64,000 nt of DNA from contig OZ024741.1 in the NCBI GenBank assembly GCA_964016885.1, positions 110,484,001 to 110,548,000 on the forward strand, in the 5' to 3' direction. The translations under genes and the position numbers were made by a program. Of this stretch, positions 1 to 12,696 are shown piece by piece; within the stretch, counting starts at the first letter, position 1, and every line of letters begins with the position of its first letter. This DNA is from Eledone cirrhosa (Eukaryota). Under the pieces are notes generated by a model. That model saw only the letters and a list, made by a program, of their open reading frames with translations. It was not told where the DNA came from and did not search any database.

Positions 1-965
1 TTGCTGCCAGCCTCCCCATCTGCACCCGACTTGGGTTCCTAAAGGCACTTGTGATCCTGGCCTTCAGATCGTCTTTCGTATTGCAGCTAGATCTGTTGAT
101 GTCTCGTTCCACTACACCCCACACAAAGAAGTCGAGGCGGTTGCAGTCAGGCGAGCTGGGAGGCCAGATGTCAGGGGAAGTGTGGTTGACGAACTTCTCT
201 GACAGCCAGGCTTGAGTCTTTCGGCTGGTATGGCAGGGCGCTGAGTTTTGCTGCCACACGTATGGCCTACCTGCAGCTACCTGGTCGATCCAGGGCTTTA
301 CTACCTCGCTCAGAACACGGCTGTAGCCATCGGTGTTCAGCTTGAGGCCCTCAGGGAAGAAGTGAGGTGGCATGACGACACCTAAGACCAATGTTGTCGC
401 TGGAAACTTTGTCTGCATGACTCTGGGCACGTCTTTGGATGAGACAGCGAGCCACCTGTTGTCTGGGAGTTGATCTTCTGGTCTTGGCAGAAGTTTTTCT
501 CGTTGGAGAAAAACCACAGCATGTCTGGCTCCAGTGGGTGTTTCAACTTGTTGATCAGTTTCTTTGCATGCTTCAGTCGCTTTTCTTACATCGCCTTTGA
601 CAGAAATTGTCCTTTCCTCATCTTGTATGAAACGTAGCAAATGTCTTCATGTACCACCAGCCTAATGAGCTTTTCATCCACGCCTTTCTCCCTTGCAATG
701 GCATGCATCGACTTGCTAGGTTCATTGTTGATGATATCCTGAACTTCAGCGATGAACTCGGGCGTTCTGAAGGCATCAGATCGTCGATCATGTGTTTTCC
801 TCTCTGATGTTGCTTTGTAGTCGAATCCTGAATCTTCCAATTCCTTTCTGACCTTTTCCACCATTCTCCTGCTGACGCTGAGAAAGTCTGAAATTTCCTT
901 ATTTGTCCTCCCGGCACGGATTCCAAGAAGAACTCCGTGTCTCTTTCACAAATTTGGAGGTTCAA
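1..965 (-). pseudogene. Decayed DD37D (maT/ITm superfamily) transposase, runs off window start
   Basis: Minus-strand translation gives an HTH region (IAREKGVDEKLIRLVVHED), then WFFSNEKNF, PYVWQQNSAPCH and WPPSSPDCNRLD. There are 37 residues between the second and third catalytic positions. The first two Asp are mutated to Asn; stop codons and a frameshift are present. Confidence 0.88.
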
Positions 966-1085
966 AATTATTCTGAAAATAAATAATGGAAATATAGTCA
1001 CTGTTTTTATGAAGACAAGTGACAACGGAAGTAAAAAAAATTTGCATAAAATTAGCAGTTGAGAATTGCAAACAAATATCGTCCA

Positions 1086-1377
1086 TCATCATCATCATCA
1101 TCGTTTAACGTCCATCTTCCACGCTTGCATGGGTTTGGACGGGAATTTTCCCACTTGAGGCAAGATTGGTTGTCTTGCTCGTATAGGAGTATCTGGCAGG
1201 TTTTCTACGGCTGCATGCCCTTCCTAACACCAACCACGTTTACAGTGTGGACTGGGAGGTTTTTACCGTGTTACCTACACAGCCACATTACAGCATGGAC
1301 TGTGTTTTTTTTGTCGTGACACCTACACGACCTTATTTATTTCGGACTGGATGTTGTGGTACCAACATAACTTTACA
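1086..1377 (-). mobile_element. 5'-truncated RTE LINE (family A) 3'UTR with (TGA)n tail
   Basis: Near-identical to 48313-48615 and similar to 31917-32230; (CAT)n on the plus strand. Confidence 0.85.
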
Positions 1378-1387
1378 CCCTGTATAT

Positions 1388-1538
1388 TGTTCGCTTTTTA
1401 CGCGAAGATGCATTCATGAGCACGACGTGTGGAGCAAATTCACGTAATTTAAGTCTAATTTCCCATAAATAAAAAAAATTTTAAATGACATGCGTAAGAG
1501 TGCATTATTCACGCAAAGTTCACGTAAAAAGCGAACAG

Positions 1539-1542
<4 letters not shown>
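1388..1542. mobile_element. Small MITE (Tc1/pogo-like)
   Basis: Inverted repeat tgttcgctttttacgcgaa (1388-1406) / ttcacgtaaaaagcgaaca (1519-1537), 18/19 match; right end cagactg. Confidence 0.65.
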
Positions 1543-1575
<33 letters not shown>

Positions 1576-1674
1576 TATTCACCACATCTAAAGTTCATAC
1601 CAAGGCTATAAAAATGTTTATTTACATGAACCATTCATATATGATTCAATATATAACCCCAGTCATACACACAC

Positions 1675-1722
<48 letters not shown>

Positions 1723-2075
1723 GCGAGATATACCTACCTACAGCTATGCCCAGATGCTATATATAAATGTTTGGCCACTAACTCTTACCAATTATTTCCA
1801 CCCAGAAACTGTCTCTGTGTATATACTGGTCACTTGGTCATTTCTTTGTCAGTGAGGTCATCCTTTTAATAATGGTTTCTTATTTTTAGATGTTTACTGT
1901 TGATGAAACCATTCTTCTATGTTCATTGTAATATATATATATATATAGCTGCATATCGGGAAGTGATTACAGTTAAAAAACATACTCAATACGTTAGTAA
2001 AGTATAGGCATATTTATTTTATTTTAGATATGACTTCTACAGTACTGAAACTGTTTCATTCATAGAAAACTCATG

Positions 2076-2126
2076 AGCTTAGTGGGAGAGCATTTGACTT
2101 CTGATCAAGAAGTCCCTGGGACAATC
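2076..2126 (+). pseudogene. tRNA-Cys-like fragment inside a (TA)n-flanked insert
   Basis: agcttagtgggagagcatttgacttctgatcaagaagtccctggg resembles metazoan tRNA-Cys (AGCTCAGTGGTAGAGCATTTGACTGCAGATCAAGAGGTCCCCGG); no acceptor stem and a mutated anticodon. Confidence 0.6.
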
Positions 2127-2464
2127 TTTATATATATATAATCTGTCTGCAATACTACCTGTTGTACTACTGCCATGTAAATATATAAATATATCTCCAT
2201 ATGTTATTGACGGGTGTGAAAATGAGTACTCAATACTGAAGTAGTTTAAATATTCTTTATTATGGCTAAGTGGTGAGCCTTAATGCTCTGGTTTTTTACC
2301 GTGTATGCACAGGATCACCATATATATTGTCATTGCACACTGAGGTTAGACCACTCAATTGACCATGCCCTGCTGGTACACTCCATATTGGTTTGGTTTC
2401 TATGACTGGATGCCGTTCCTAATGCCAACCATTTTACAGCATGTACTGCGAGCATTTTATCATG

Positions 2465-2882
2465 CTTTTTGTTGTGGCACTAGCACTATTGCATTATAGG
2501 GTGGACTGGGTGCTTTTTGTAGTAGCACCAGCACTACCACCTTACCAGGTGGACTAGTTGTTTTTTATTGTGACACTCCAATTACCACCTTATAAGAAGA
2601 ACTGGGTGCTTTTATTGTGATACCAGCACTACCACCTTTCATAGTAGACTGAGTGCTTTTTGTCATGACAACAGCACTACCACCTTACAGAGTGGACTGG
2701 GTACTTTTTGCGGTGGCACCAACACTAGCACCTTACAAGGTCGCCTGGGTACTTTTTGTGGCAGCACTAGCACTACCACCTTACAGAGTGGACTGGGTAC
2801 TTTTTGTGGCAGCACTAGCACTACCACTGTACAGGGTGGACTGAATGCTTTTGTCATGACTCCAGCACTACTACCTTATGGT
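2465..2882. repeat. 48-bp tandem repeat (~8-9 units) derived from an RTE/SINE 3'UTR motif
   Basis: tggactggg recurs at 2693, 2741, 2789 and 2837; the same motif occurs in RTE 3'UTRs (1240-1330, 44262-44470). Confidence 0.9.
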
Positions 2883-3288
2883 GCATAAATGCAATATATT
2901 AGTCAGCACAGTGAAACCACAATTGCAACAATAACTGTGACAACAACAACCACCACAAAAACAATTTATAATAACAACAACAGTTATTTTAAGCTGAACT
3001 ACTTGAGGAAATGTCTTTATCTCCTGATGTCAGTTTGTTTTTCTGTTACATTAGAACTTGTATACACATCAACACACACACATATATATATATATTCACT
3101 CATACATACACTCACAACTACATATCATACAAATGTTCAAGCATGAACCATTTAGAAGAAATAATATTCTAAATACACATACACATATGTGTGTATGTAT
3201 GTATGTATGTATATATATACACATACATATATATATACACACATACATATATATATATACACACACATACATATACACACACATATAC

Positions 3289-3319
<31 letters not shown>

Positions 3320-3321
<2 letters not shown>

Positions 3322-4050
3322 AGCATGCATGCTCCGTTGGATGTGTAACAGTAATATACGTGAACGGCAAAGCATAAATGAACTAAGTGAGAAATTAGGA
3401 ATAAGAGGGATCAGATGCTGTTTACTTGAGAGAAGACTACGTTGGTATGGTCACGTGATGCGCATGAAAGACAACAGCTGTATAAAAAAGTGCAGGGCGA
3501 TCAAAATTGATGGAAGTTACGGAGTAGGTAAACCCAGAAAAACCTGGGACGATCTGATAAATTCCGACCTTACACACTTGCACCTCTCTAAGACAATGTC
3601 ACTGGACCGAGATCTTTGGCGCCACGCAGTAGTACAGAAGACCCGCCTTGCCTATGTACAAAGCGAAACCTACAGTCAGTAGGCACCTCTTAACCAAATA
3701 TACACCCCTATCCTCCCACTCCCACCAACACCACCCTCTCTCTGCAAAGTTGGTACCACAACATCCAGTCCAAATAAATGAGATAATGAGATCGAGATCG
3801 TGTAGGTATCACGAGAAAAAAAACAGTCCACGCTGTAATGTGGCCATGTAGGTAACACAGTAAAAAGTTCCCAGTTCCACACTGTAAATGTGGTTGGTGT
3901 TAGGAAGGGATTCCAGCCGTAGAAAACCCGCCAGATAGTCCTATATGAGCGAGACATGGTCACCCGACCAACCTTGCCTCAAGTGGGACAACTCCCGTCT
4001 AACCCATGCTACCGTGGAAAATGGACACTAAATGAAGATGATGATGATGA
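3320..4050 (+). mobile_element. 5'-truncated RTE LINE (family A): RT C-terminus plus 3'UTR
   Basis: ORF 3329-3682 (RRLRWYGHVMRM...GKPRKTW) matches the C-terminus of 32328-33902; (TGA)n tail; flanked by (TA)n. Confidence 0.92.
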
Positions 4051-4269
4051 TATATATACATATATACACGCATACATAATACATCCACACATACATACTT
4101 AACCACATATACATTCACATATGAACCAATATGTAGAATTAAATTCTAAATATATGCATACATACATGCACAACTGTATATCATTCATACAATCATATAT
4201 TAGGCAGTAAATAGCCTAGCATCCTACTTACATATATAGATGTGTACACATGCCTAAAAATAAAATTTG

Positions 4270-4717
4270 ACACCAAATTAAAACACAACCTGCCTGATAT
4301 TGTTGTTTGAGACCAAACATTTAAAACATGCACTTTTGTAGAAGTCGGCTGCACACTCGATGCCAATGTAATAAGAAAAATACATGTGAAGAGGGATATC
4401 TATGGGTCATTGATGAGGAGTTTGCAGATCTAATATCCAAAATACACGTTCAGATTCATACCAATTATTGGAGCTCCAGGATATATACCAACCCTCTTCA
4501 ACCAAAGTATGACAGAACTTGGATTTGTGGAGAAAGAGTGTAATTCCTTAATTCATAAGCTACAAATGGTTGCAATATCTGGAACTTTCAAAATCTGTAA
4601 AACATTCTTATGATTCAAATGATGAATGATTGCATAAGAGACAATTTCTTTTTCTTTACAACCTTCTTACCAGGAATATGGGCAGTCAAAAATAAACTTG
4701 AAATTAAAAAAAAGAAA
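4270..4717 (+). pseudogene. 3' end of an R4/Dong/NeSL-type non-LTR retrotransposon (restriction-like endonuclease domain)
   Basis: Translation KLKHNLPDIVV*DQTFKTCTFVEVGCTLDANV...KRDIYGSLMRSLQI*YPKYTFRFIPIIGAPG matches the PD..(D/E)xK RLE motif; followed by aataaa and an A-rich tail. Confidence 0.75.
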
Positions 4718-5264
4718 CATATGCACATGCACACATACTGACATACTTACTTGTAAGCATGCATACATACATATATACACATGCATGCATACACATACAC
4801 CCATATATACATTCATACATGGTTAGATTGATCTACTAGCCATATTTCCGGCAATCACACCTCACCTTCTTAACTGTCAACATGCTATACTGCATGAAAT
4901 TTCTTTAACAAGACTTTCTTGGAAAGTATAAAACATCACTATGACTATCACTTTGAAAATTAATGTCTTTACTCTAATACTGCAAATTATCACAACAATC
5001 CACCCACTAGTAAAGATATAAACATGAATTAACAAAGCTGTTTTTATATATTTTTCGTTAAATCATTACCTGATATTGAGAGGTATATAATATAGTCCTA
5101 GATGCACTATGTCTGTATATCTGTATATATATGGTCATAGACCTGCTTAATAAAATCCTGATATAGGGCTAGAAACCAACTCAGTGGACTATTACCATGA
5201 TAGTGCGGTACCTGTTGACAGTTGAGTGAACAGTGTGTGTGTGTGTTAAATATCTTTGTTAGTA

Positions 5265-6160
5265 GTGGATAAAATGATTAAGAAGTTTAATTTGTAATCA
5301 TAAAGTCTCAGGTTCAATCTGACTGTGGGGTATCTTGGGCAAGTGTCATTTATCGTAGCCTTGGGTCAAAGTAGACCTTGTGAGTGAGATTGGGATAACA
5401 AAAACTGTGCCAAACTTTATGTGGACTGTACCTGTAATTCAACCTTGTTACACATTCTCATGCAGAATCTCCCTGAGAATTATGTTATGGGTACACATCC
5501 CTATGGAATACTCATCACTTACTCTATAATACCAGACAGATTGTGTCTGTAATTGAAGCATCCAGCTGTGTCACACTGAATCTCCCTGAGAATTGTTAAG
5601 GGTACACGTGTTTAAGGAATACTCAACCACTCACCTACATTATAATACAAGATGGATTGTATGTGTAATTCAAAGGTCCAGCCTTGTCACATATTGTGTT
5701 ATGCTGAATCTCCCTGAGAATTACATTAAGGGTACATATATCTATGGAATACTCAACCACCTACACTATAATACAAGATGGTTGTACCTGTAATTCGAAG
5801 ATGCAGCCTTATCACATATCATGTCACACTGATTCAACTTGTGAACTACGTTAACCCTTTAATGTTCAAACCAGCCAAAACCGGCCAGAATTCTCTACCT
5901 TTCTCTGTTGAAACTGGCTGTAACTGGTCGCTCAAACTGATGTTAAGGTATTGTTCTCAAAATAAATACTTTCAAAATCTCATAGATTCAATATTATGTG
6001 AGATAAAGCATTTATCATGAAAATATAATAGTATATATATAGAGTAATGTGAATGCTAAAGGGTTAAAGGTCTGTGGGATACTCAACTACTTGTTAATTC
6101 ACAAGTTGAACATAGATTTGATCAAACAACTGAATACTCATCACCTTCCATAGTAATGTG
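5265..6160 (+). mobile_element. tRNA-derived SINE with tandemly amplified ~115-125 bp tail units
   Basis: Decayed A/B-box head and ttgggcaagtgtc core; repeated tgtaattc..gccttgtcaca..gaatctccctgagaattac units; related copies at 28540-29095, 35920-36120 and 39470-39930. Confidence 0.7.
5855..6063. mobile_element. piggyBac-type MITE (family 1)
   Basis: TTAA|CCCTTTA...TAAAGGG|TTAA with TTAA target-site duplication, inserted in the SINE tail; other copies at 27470-27680 and 60125-60337. Confidence 0.85.
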
Positions 6161-6329
6161 GAGCAGAACTAGTGGTAGAATTTGAACTGTTTACCCTGTG
6201 ACTAATACACTGATACCTTAACAACTCAGCCACATAGGACTATTTCAATATATGTTGGTAATTTAAAGTTCTCTCTATTTCAATTTACTCTACTTTACTT
6301 AATTGCACTTAACACTAACCGTATCAAAC

Positions 6330-6805
6330 AATTATTGTATAAACTCAAATATAAGCTGAGAAATGGCAAAAATCCAAACCACGTGTATAAGCTGAGGCAG
6401 CTAATCAACACATGTTTAGTTGGTGTTATTTAAAAGTTCTCATGAGCAGAGAATATATTTCTGAAGTTTTAATGTTTTGATATTTAAAATGTTTAAAGTG
6501 TCATTTAAAGTATGGTTTTTGTTTCAGAACTCCATTATGTAATTATTCTTTACCATTTTCTGACCGTTTTGAAGGCCATATTCGTTCAAAACACATTAAA
6601 AAAAAAACAATAGGAAATTCAAATTTCACCTCCAAAGTGAAAGCGCTGTAATGTTCACCTCCAGAGCAAAAATATTTTAGCACCATATTTACATAGAATT
6701 TGAAGTTGGTGAAAATCAGCAAAATATTGACTGCAAATATAAGTCAACCCCATTTTACCATGGATTTTTTTTTGTCCCATAATTCTCAGCTTATATATGG
6801 TTAGT
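6330..6805. mobile_element. Decayed pogo/Tc2-like non-autonomous DNA transposon
   Basis: gtataaactcaaatataagctgag at the left end and ctcagcttatata at the right end; internal tataagctgag/tataagtcaa repeats. Confidence 0.45.
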
Positions 6806-7194
6806 AGTTTCTATTTGTTTGACTGTCTTGCTGGAAATATTGGAGAATGTTGTATCAGAATATAACTTAACTATTTGATAAATATAGCTCAATAAAATAA
6901 GTATCAGACTGGGCTCAATATGATCAACTAAAAACCTTGAAGGCAGTGCCCCAGCATGCCATAATCTAACACAAGCTAGCTGAGAAATGTTTAATCTGTT
7001 GTTTCACATCAGTGCAACCTTGATCCAGGGCTTATTTCTTGCTCCAGGGCTGACCTGTGGCTAAACAGCAGCAGCCTTACTGGCCTTCTTTTCCTTGGAG
7101 TATCTGTTATCTTAAAGAGAACTCTGTATTTAACTTTTCCATTCATAAATCTTCAGAAAGTTATGGATTTACTAAAGATACATTATTGTAATAA

Positions 7195-7425
7195 CCCTTT
7201 TGATACCAACCTGCCTGAAACCATCCCAGGTTCAATGATACAAAACTGCTTATTTGAAGGTGTTTATATTTACTTTAAAACTTTCCATTATAATTTTATG
7301 TAACAACATTTATTATTCTAAACATCAGCTTAATAATGAGAAAAAGAAACCTTCAAATTCTTTATAATTTTCAAAATTATTTGAAAATCATAGGCTGTCT
7401 TTCATTAGAAGTATGGTAACAAGAG
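7195..7425. mobile_element. piggyBac-type MITE (family 2)
   Basis: ccctttt-gatacc ... ggtaac-aagag|ttaa; further copies near 22745, 24130-25345, 37800-38010 and 51500-52340. Confidence 0.65.
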
Positions 7426-7454
7426 TTAAACATACACACACACACACATTTCCA

Positions 7455-7870
7455 CTTCATCATCATCATCGTTTTTATATCTGTTTTTCCATGTTTGTAT
7501 GGGTTGGATGGGTCCTTTTCAGCACAGCATTTCTCCACTAATTGCATTCCTTTTTCATCTCCTCTGTGAGTCACAGCAATTTGAGATCAGCTTTCACCAT
7601 CTCCTCCCAGCTCTCCCTTGGTCTATCTTTACTCTAGCTTCCTTCCACTGGAATTTTCTGGCACTTCTTCACCCAGCGACCATCATCTATGTCTGTACCA
7701 ATGTAGTCTCTTCTCTTGCACACCACTTTGGATTCTTCATTGCACATTTAACGAAGTATGGTTGCTTCATCTCTCTCCAACCTATACATGTTCTCTGCAG
7801 TTACTACCCATGTTTCACTACCATACAACATCACACTTTGCACACGTGTCATACAGCCATCTTTTGTACT
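7455..7870 (-). mobile_element. Old RTE LINE fragment with deletions
   Basis: Translation VQSVMLYGSETWVVTAENMYRLER; (CAT)n tail. Confidence 0.8.
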
Positions 7871-9029
7871 TGTAATGTATAAATATATAGTGTTGGACAT
7901 AACCTTTCTAGTGCTGGTACCATGATAAAAATTGTTGGTTAGGAAACACATCAGACTAGAAACCATACCAAACCATACCAACCAAAACAAACTGTATGAA
8001 CAAGATGGGGGTCTTCTGAATAAAAACTGACTCAGACCATGACGACCTGTTTAACCCATGCAAAGGTTAAAAGCAGTGATAAAATAGTGATGATGATGAT
8101 TGTGTGGTGTGTGTGTGTGTGCGTGTGAGTATTTTCGAAGTGGGTAGAAGTATTTTTTTAAGTATCTCCACTTAAAACCTTGCGTAAGAGTTGTTATAGG
8201 TTGAGAGCTTACAAGTGGCTCATGCGAGCTGTGTGTGTGTGTGTGTATGTATGTATATACATATATGTATACATGCATGTATGTATATACATATATGTAT
8301 ACATGCATGTATGTATATACATATATGTATACATGCATGTATGATATACATATATGTGCATGTGTATGTATGTATATATATATATGTGTGTGTGTATAGA
8401 TACACACCCACACACTCGAATATATTGAGTACTTTTATTTCTCAATTGTACATTCAACTGTAAGTTGCGATATAGTGAATCATTGACTGTTTCCGAATAA
8501 ACTTTACTGATATATGGAGCACTCTCTCATTTGTAAGCCAAAATGCACCAATCTATCTATCTATCTATCTATCTTTATATGTGCGTGGATGTGTGGTGTA
8601 TTTTTCATGTCGATGCCCTAGCATGACCAGCCTAAAGACTGAAACTAGGAAAATTATAAAAGAATATATATATATAACAACGATGTGTGTGTGAGTGTAT
8701 AGTTTCATGCATCAGTAAATTGTTTACGTAATAGAAACATTATGATGAACTATTCCTGGAAATCAGATTAGATTGGCACTCACAAGAAATCTGATAGAAC
8801 CTCCTGTGTAGAGGGCATATAATCTTTTGTATCTCCCAGATTCTGTAGATATATCATTGCTCTATCAACGGTACTGGTACTGTCTATTATTAATAACCTT
8901 CCTACTTTGCATGGGATCATTTCTAGTTTATATTAGCTGTAAGAAATATGTTAGAATCTGTTTTATAGAGAACATATACACTCATATAGCCCTCCGCCAA
9001 AAAATACTGTAGATGGATGTGTATATGGA

Positions 9030-9445
9030 CCCATAACTCCTGATGTACTTGTAAGGGCTCTGTTGTGACATACAGCGAGTTATGAACATTTTAAATGTGG
9101 TGGAGCCAATCCTCTCTCCAGATCTGAACTTAGCCAATTTCTTCCAGGGAAGGAGAAAGTGAGAGTGAGAAAGACATCTAGAGAAAGACCCAGCCCCAAT
9201 ACTAGATTTCGACTATTTATAAACCTCATATTTTATAAACCTCAGATGGATGAAAGGCAAAGGAGGCAGAATTTGAACCCAGAAAATAGAGAGCCAAAAT
9301 AAATACATCATTGGCATTTTACCCGATGCTTTACCAATTTTGCCAATCCACAATGGCAGGATTTAAATTCAGTGAGTGCTGAGATCCAGAACAAACACTG
9401 CAAAACGTTCTATCTGATGTTCTAACCACTTTGCCAATTCACTGC
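9030..9445 (-). mobile_element. tRNA-derived SINE (Meta/MESC-like core), long form plus partial second copy
   Basis: gatgaaaggcaaag core; shared 3' part with 11488-11803, 38700-39020 and 55105-55400. Confidence 0.65.
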
Positions 9446-9642
9446 CTGATCTTGTAAATACTACAACATATAACAGGATATAACCAGATTCTCTAAATAC
9501 ACTCAAATAATGGTATTGGCTATGATTATCTATTTGATATTCAATCTACTACTCTGATCCTGACATCACCCAGCAACTGTGTCCTTTCCTTAACCCTCTT
9601 ATTACAAATGTATAGTCTAGTGTTTATGTAGAAATAGATATA

Positions 9643-10006
9643 CAGTAGTCCCCCAGTATTTGTGGGGGGTTACATTCCTAGAGTACCTGCGAAGAGTGAA
9701 AAACCGCGAATATTGGACATGGACCATAAAAAGGCCTATAAATGTCAAAATATAACATAAGATATAATTTTAAAAAATGGGAGCATCTTATGTGAAGGGG
9801 CATCCAATAGGCTGGCAAATACGATATATTGTTATTAATAATTTAGTGTTAAAAAAAATATATTGTCACAAAAAAAAACATAATAAAAACTCGCAGAAGA
9901 TATTTACGATTCTGCGAATATGTGGTGGTTTCCATGAACAATTATTAGTTAGGTTCTAAGGAAAATTCTGTGACTAACCAGGGTTGCAAATGCTGAGGGT
10001 ACACTG
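9643..10006. mobile_element. Tigger/pogo-type MITE
   Basis: TA|CAGTAGTCCCCCAGTATTTG ... CAAATGCTGAGGGTACACTG|TA; imperfect TIRs with TA duplication. Confidence 0.75.
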
Positions 10007-10274
10007 TATATTATATATCTGGATAGAAAGCTGACAGTCATAGCCCAAGAGTGATTGTAATTGAGTGTCTGAGAATAGAAGTGTGTGGAGATGAGTTGGA
10101 CTTGTACATTTATGTGGGTACTTTGGTATTACAGGAGGACAATTCAGTGTTGTTGTTAACCCTTAAAGCCTAAGTATGTCAATTAATTTTGAAAATATTC
10201 AAAAATTTGGAAGAATTTAATCAAATAACTAACTCTTTCATTAGTAAGCTAATATTTAGAATATTACTTAAATG

Positions 10275-10545
10275 GCACAACAGATTGGTGGCTATGTCTC
10301 ATCCATTTACAGTTGAAGTTCCTAAATATAATCACAAATTCTATTCTGATAGTTTCTTCTCTTGCACATCTCGCTTATGGAATCCCCTTCTGGCTTCCTG
10401 CTTTCCTGAATATTACAATTTTCAAAATATTTTAAAGCAACATATTTTCTCTCTCCTGTTTTGTCCTTTTCCCTTCTCAATAACCCTTTGCATATTAGTG
10501 GCTTTATTGTCTTGCTTGAGGTGAGAAATAAATAAATAAATAGAC
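10275..10545 (+). pseudogene. 3' end of a CR1/L2/Jockey-group LINE
   Basis: SHPFTVEVPK...DSFFSCTSRLWNPL..CFP..YN motif followed by a (TAAA)n tail. Confidence 0.7.
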
Positions 10546-11410
10546 ATGATGGAATAATTTATTATAAGTATAAACATTTTTAAATGAGCAAATTTGTATC
10601 ATAAATCCAGAGTGGAGGAAGAGGAGGAGGGATTGCAGAGAGTCCATGGTCTGTTGGCTGTGAATGGATTTCAGCTCTGATAATTTGAAGTGAATAACAA
10701 CTAAGCAAAAGTCCTGTAATTATACCAATCTGTACTTTGTCTTCATAAATGGGACACCAAAGCAAAGTTAAACATCAACTGTATATTTGGGTTTGGGTTT
10801 ATTTTAAAATACCGAGGCTTTATTTAGATTTCAATTGTTTTAGAGTTTAGTAGTTGAGGTCCAACCAAAGCTGTGATTGTTAATGTCACCTTTGAAGAAA
10901 GAAAATATTGTTTTGTTTTCTGTTGGCACCTCTATTGTGATTGTTTAGGTGGAACATTAATCATCATTGTCGGCATCGTCATTTTATGTTTGGTTTTCCA
11001 TGCTGGCAGGCATAGTTTGGATAAGTCTACTCCAGTATGCCATCACATCACTTACATTGGTTCTTCATCATCCCAGATACACCACAAACAGGGAGGAAAC
11101 CATCAATCTATGTTGGTATGAGATCTTGATTATTTATATTTGTTTGTTTCTTTTCCTCTTTTTTTTGTGGGGTGGTGGGGCAGGAGTGTAGTTTTTATGG
11201 CTCGATGTCCTTCCTATCGCCAATCACTTTACACTATCAACTGGATGCATTTTATCACGCCACCTAACCTCAAGGGTTAGGGACTAACATGACTAAAGTT
11301 TCTCTTTGTTTCAATTTTTATTTAGAGTTCCCATCCCTCTAGACAAGTTGCTTTCACTGTGGCTTGAAGAATTCACATAGCTGATACCAATACTGATAGA
11401 GGTTTCTTTT

Positions 11411-11461
<51 letters not shown>

Positions 11462-11487
11462 TTGTAAATATATATATGTGTATGTAT

Positions 11488-11803
11488 GGTCCCATAACCC
11501 CTGATAGTCGTAGGGGCACCATATTGAAATAAAGCGTTTCTTGGGCCTTTTAAGCCTGGCAGAGCCCATCCCTCTCCAGGCCTGAGTACAGCAGATTTCT
11601 TCCAGAAAAAGATAGAAAGTGAGAGAGGGGAAATGAGAAACAGATATGGAGGAAGAATCGACCCTGGTACTAGACTGGTACTTTTTTTTTTATTGACCTC
11701 AAAAGTTGACTTCGACAGGATTTGAACTCAGTGAGCAGAGAGCCAGAACGAATACCATGAAGCATTCTATCCATGTTCTAACGACTCTGCTAATTCACCT
11801 CCT
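11488..11803 (-). mobile_element. tRNA-derived SINE (Meta/MESC-like), long form
   Basis: ggatttgaactcag B-box (reverse complement) and gactggtacttt core; homologous to 55105-55400. Confidence 0.7.
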
Positions 11804-12696
11804 TTTCATATACATATATAAAAAGGAAGAAGAAACAAGGTTAACAAATTAAATCCATTTTTAATTTCTATGTGCATTTCTATACAGGTGATAATAGTAC
11901 ATGCAAAAAATGCTAGCGTGGAAGATAGATGTTAAACGATGATGATGATGAAAAGTAAACTATAAATTAATCATAAACAGTTAATTAACAATTATTTACA
12001 CAAAACAGAATAACTATAACATCTGCATTTTTTCAGACAAAATTTAACCAAATACAAATTTTAAGAACACACAAAGTATCAGATTTTGGACATTAGCAAC
12101 CACAAAGTAGGTTTTACATGCAAAGTTGTATAAAATTATGTTATTTGGTTGAGGTGAGAGGCAGTATACCATTATTATTAACAATAATAATAATAAAAAT
12201 AATAATATTATGTGTAATTGTTAGAGGAAGATTCATAGCTGGTTACAAATCAGGAAGCAAAGCAACATAAGTTCAGAAGCAGCGAAAATAATTAGCTTAC
12301 ATGTTAAAGAATATACAATATATAAGAACATACTTATTATCATTTATTTAGAAACAATTATTCTTATTAGTCAGGTTCACCTTTTGAAAATAAATAAAGA
12401 TCAGAAGTAGTTGACATCATATTCTTTTGGCAGTAATTAGCCATTCAAGAATTCTGATTCCACACAACAAATACAAACATTGAAACAGGATCGATGAATT
12501 TGGCTATGTTGATTTTCAAACAGTAGCCTGTCAAATGTTTGCCCTACGTTATGGCATATAAATTTATAATTATATTACTTAAAGGGTTAAAGATCACAGT
12601 ATACTTAGAGTTGTAGGTTTATAAAAATGTTTACCCAACAAGTATATTTACATTATATATTATATAATAAAATGTTGTAGTTTTCTTAAAGCATTG

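Larger units (their letters stand above)
1..1384 (-). mobile_element. maT DNA transposon; terminal inverted repeat split by an RTE insertion
   Basis: Joining gtcca (1081-1085) to ccctgta (1378-1384) rebuilds TA|CAGGGTGGACGATATTTG on the minus strand, a TA-flanked maT-like terminus. Confidence 0.7.

Noticed and set aside
2465-2882. CRISPR-like array
   Set aside because: Whole 48-bp units repeat with no unique spacers, there are no cas genes, and the motif derives from a retroelement 3'UTR
3058-3377. Many YI/HT/CV-rich ORFs here and throughout the window
   Set aside because: (TA)n/(CA)n dinucleotide repeats that lack stop codons
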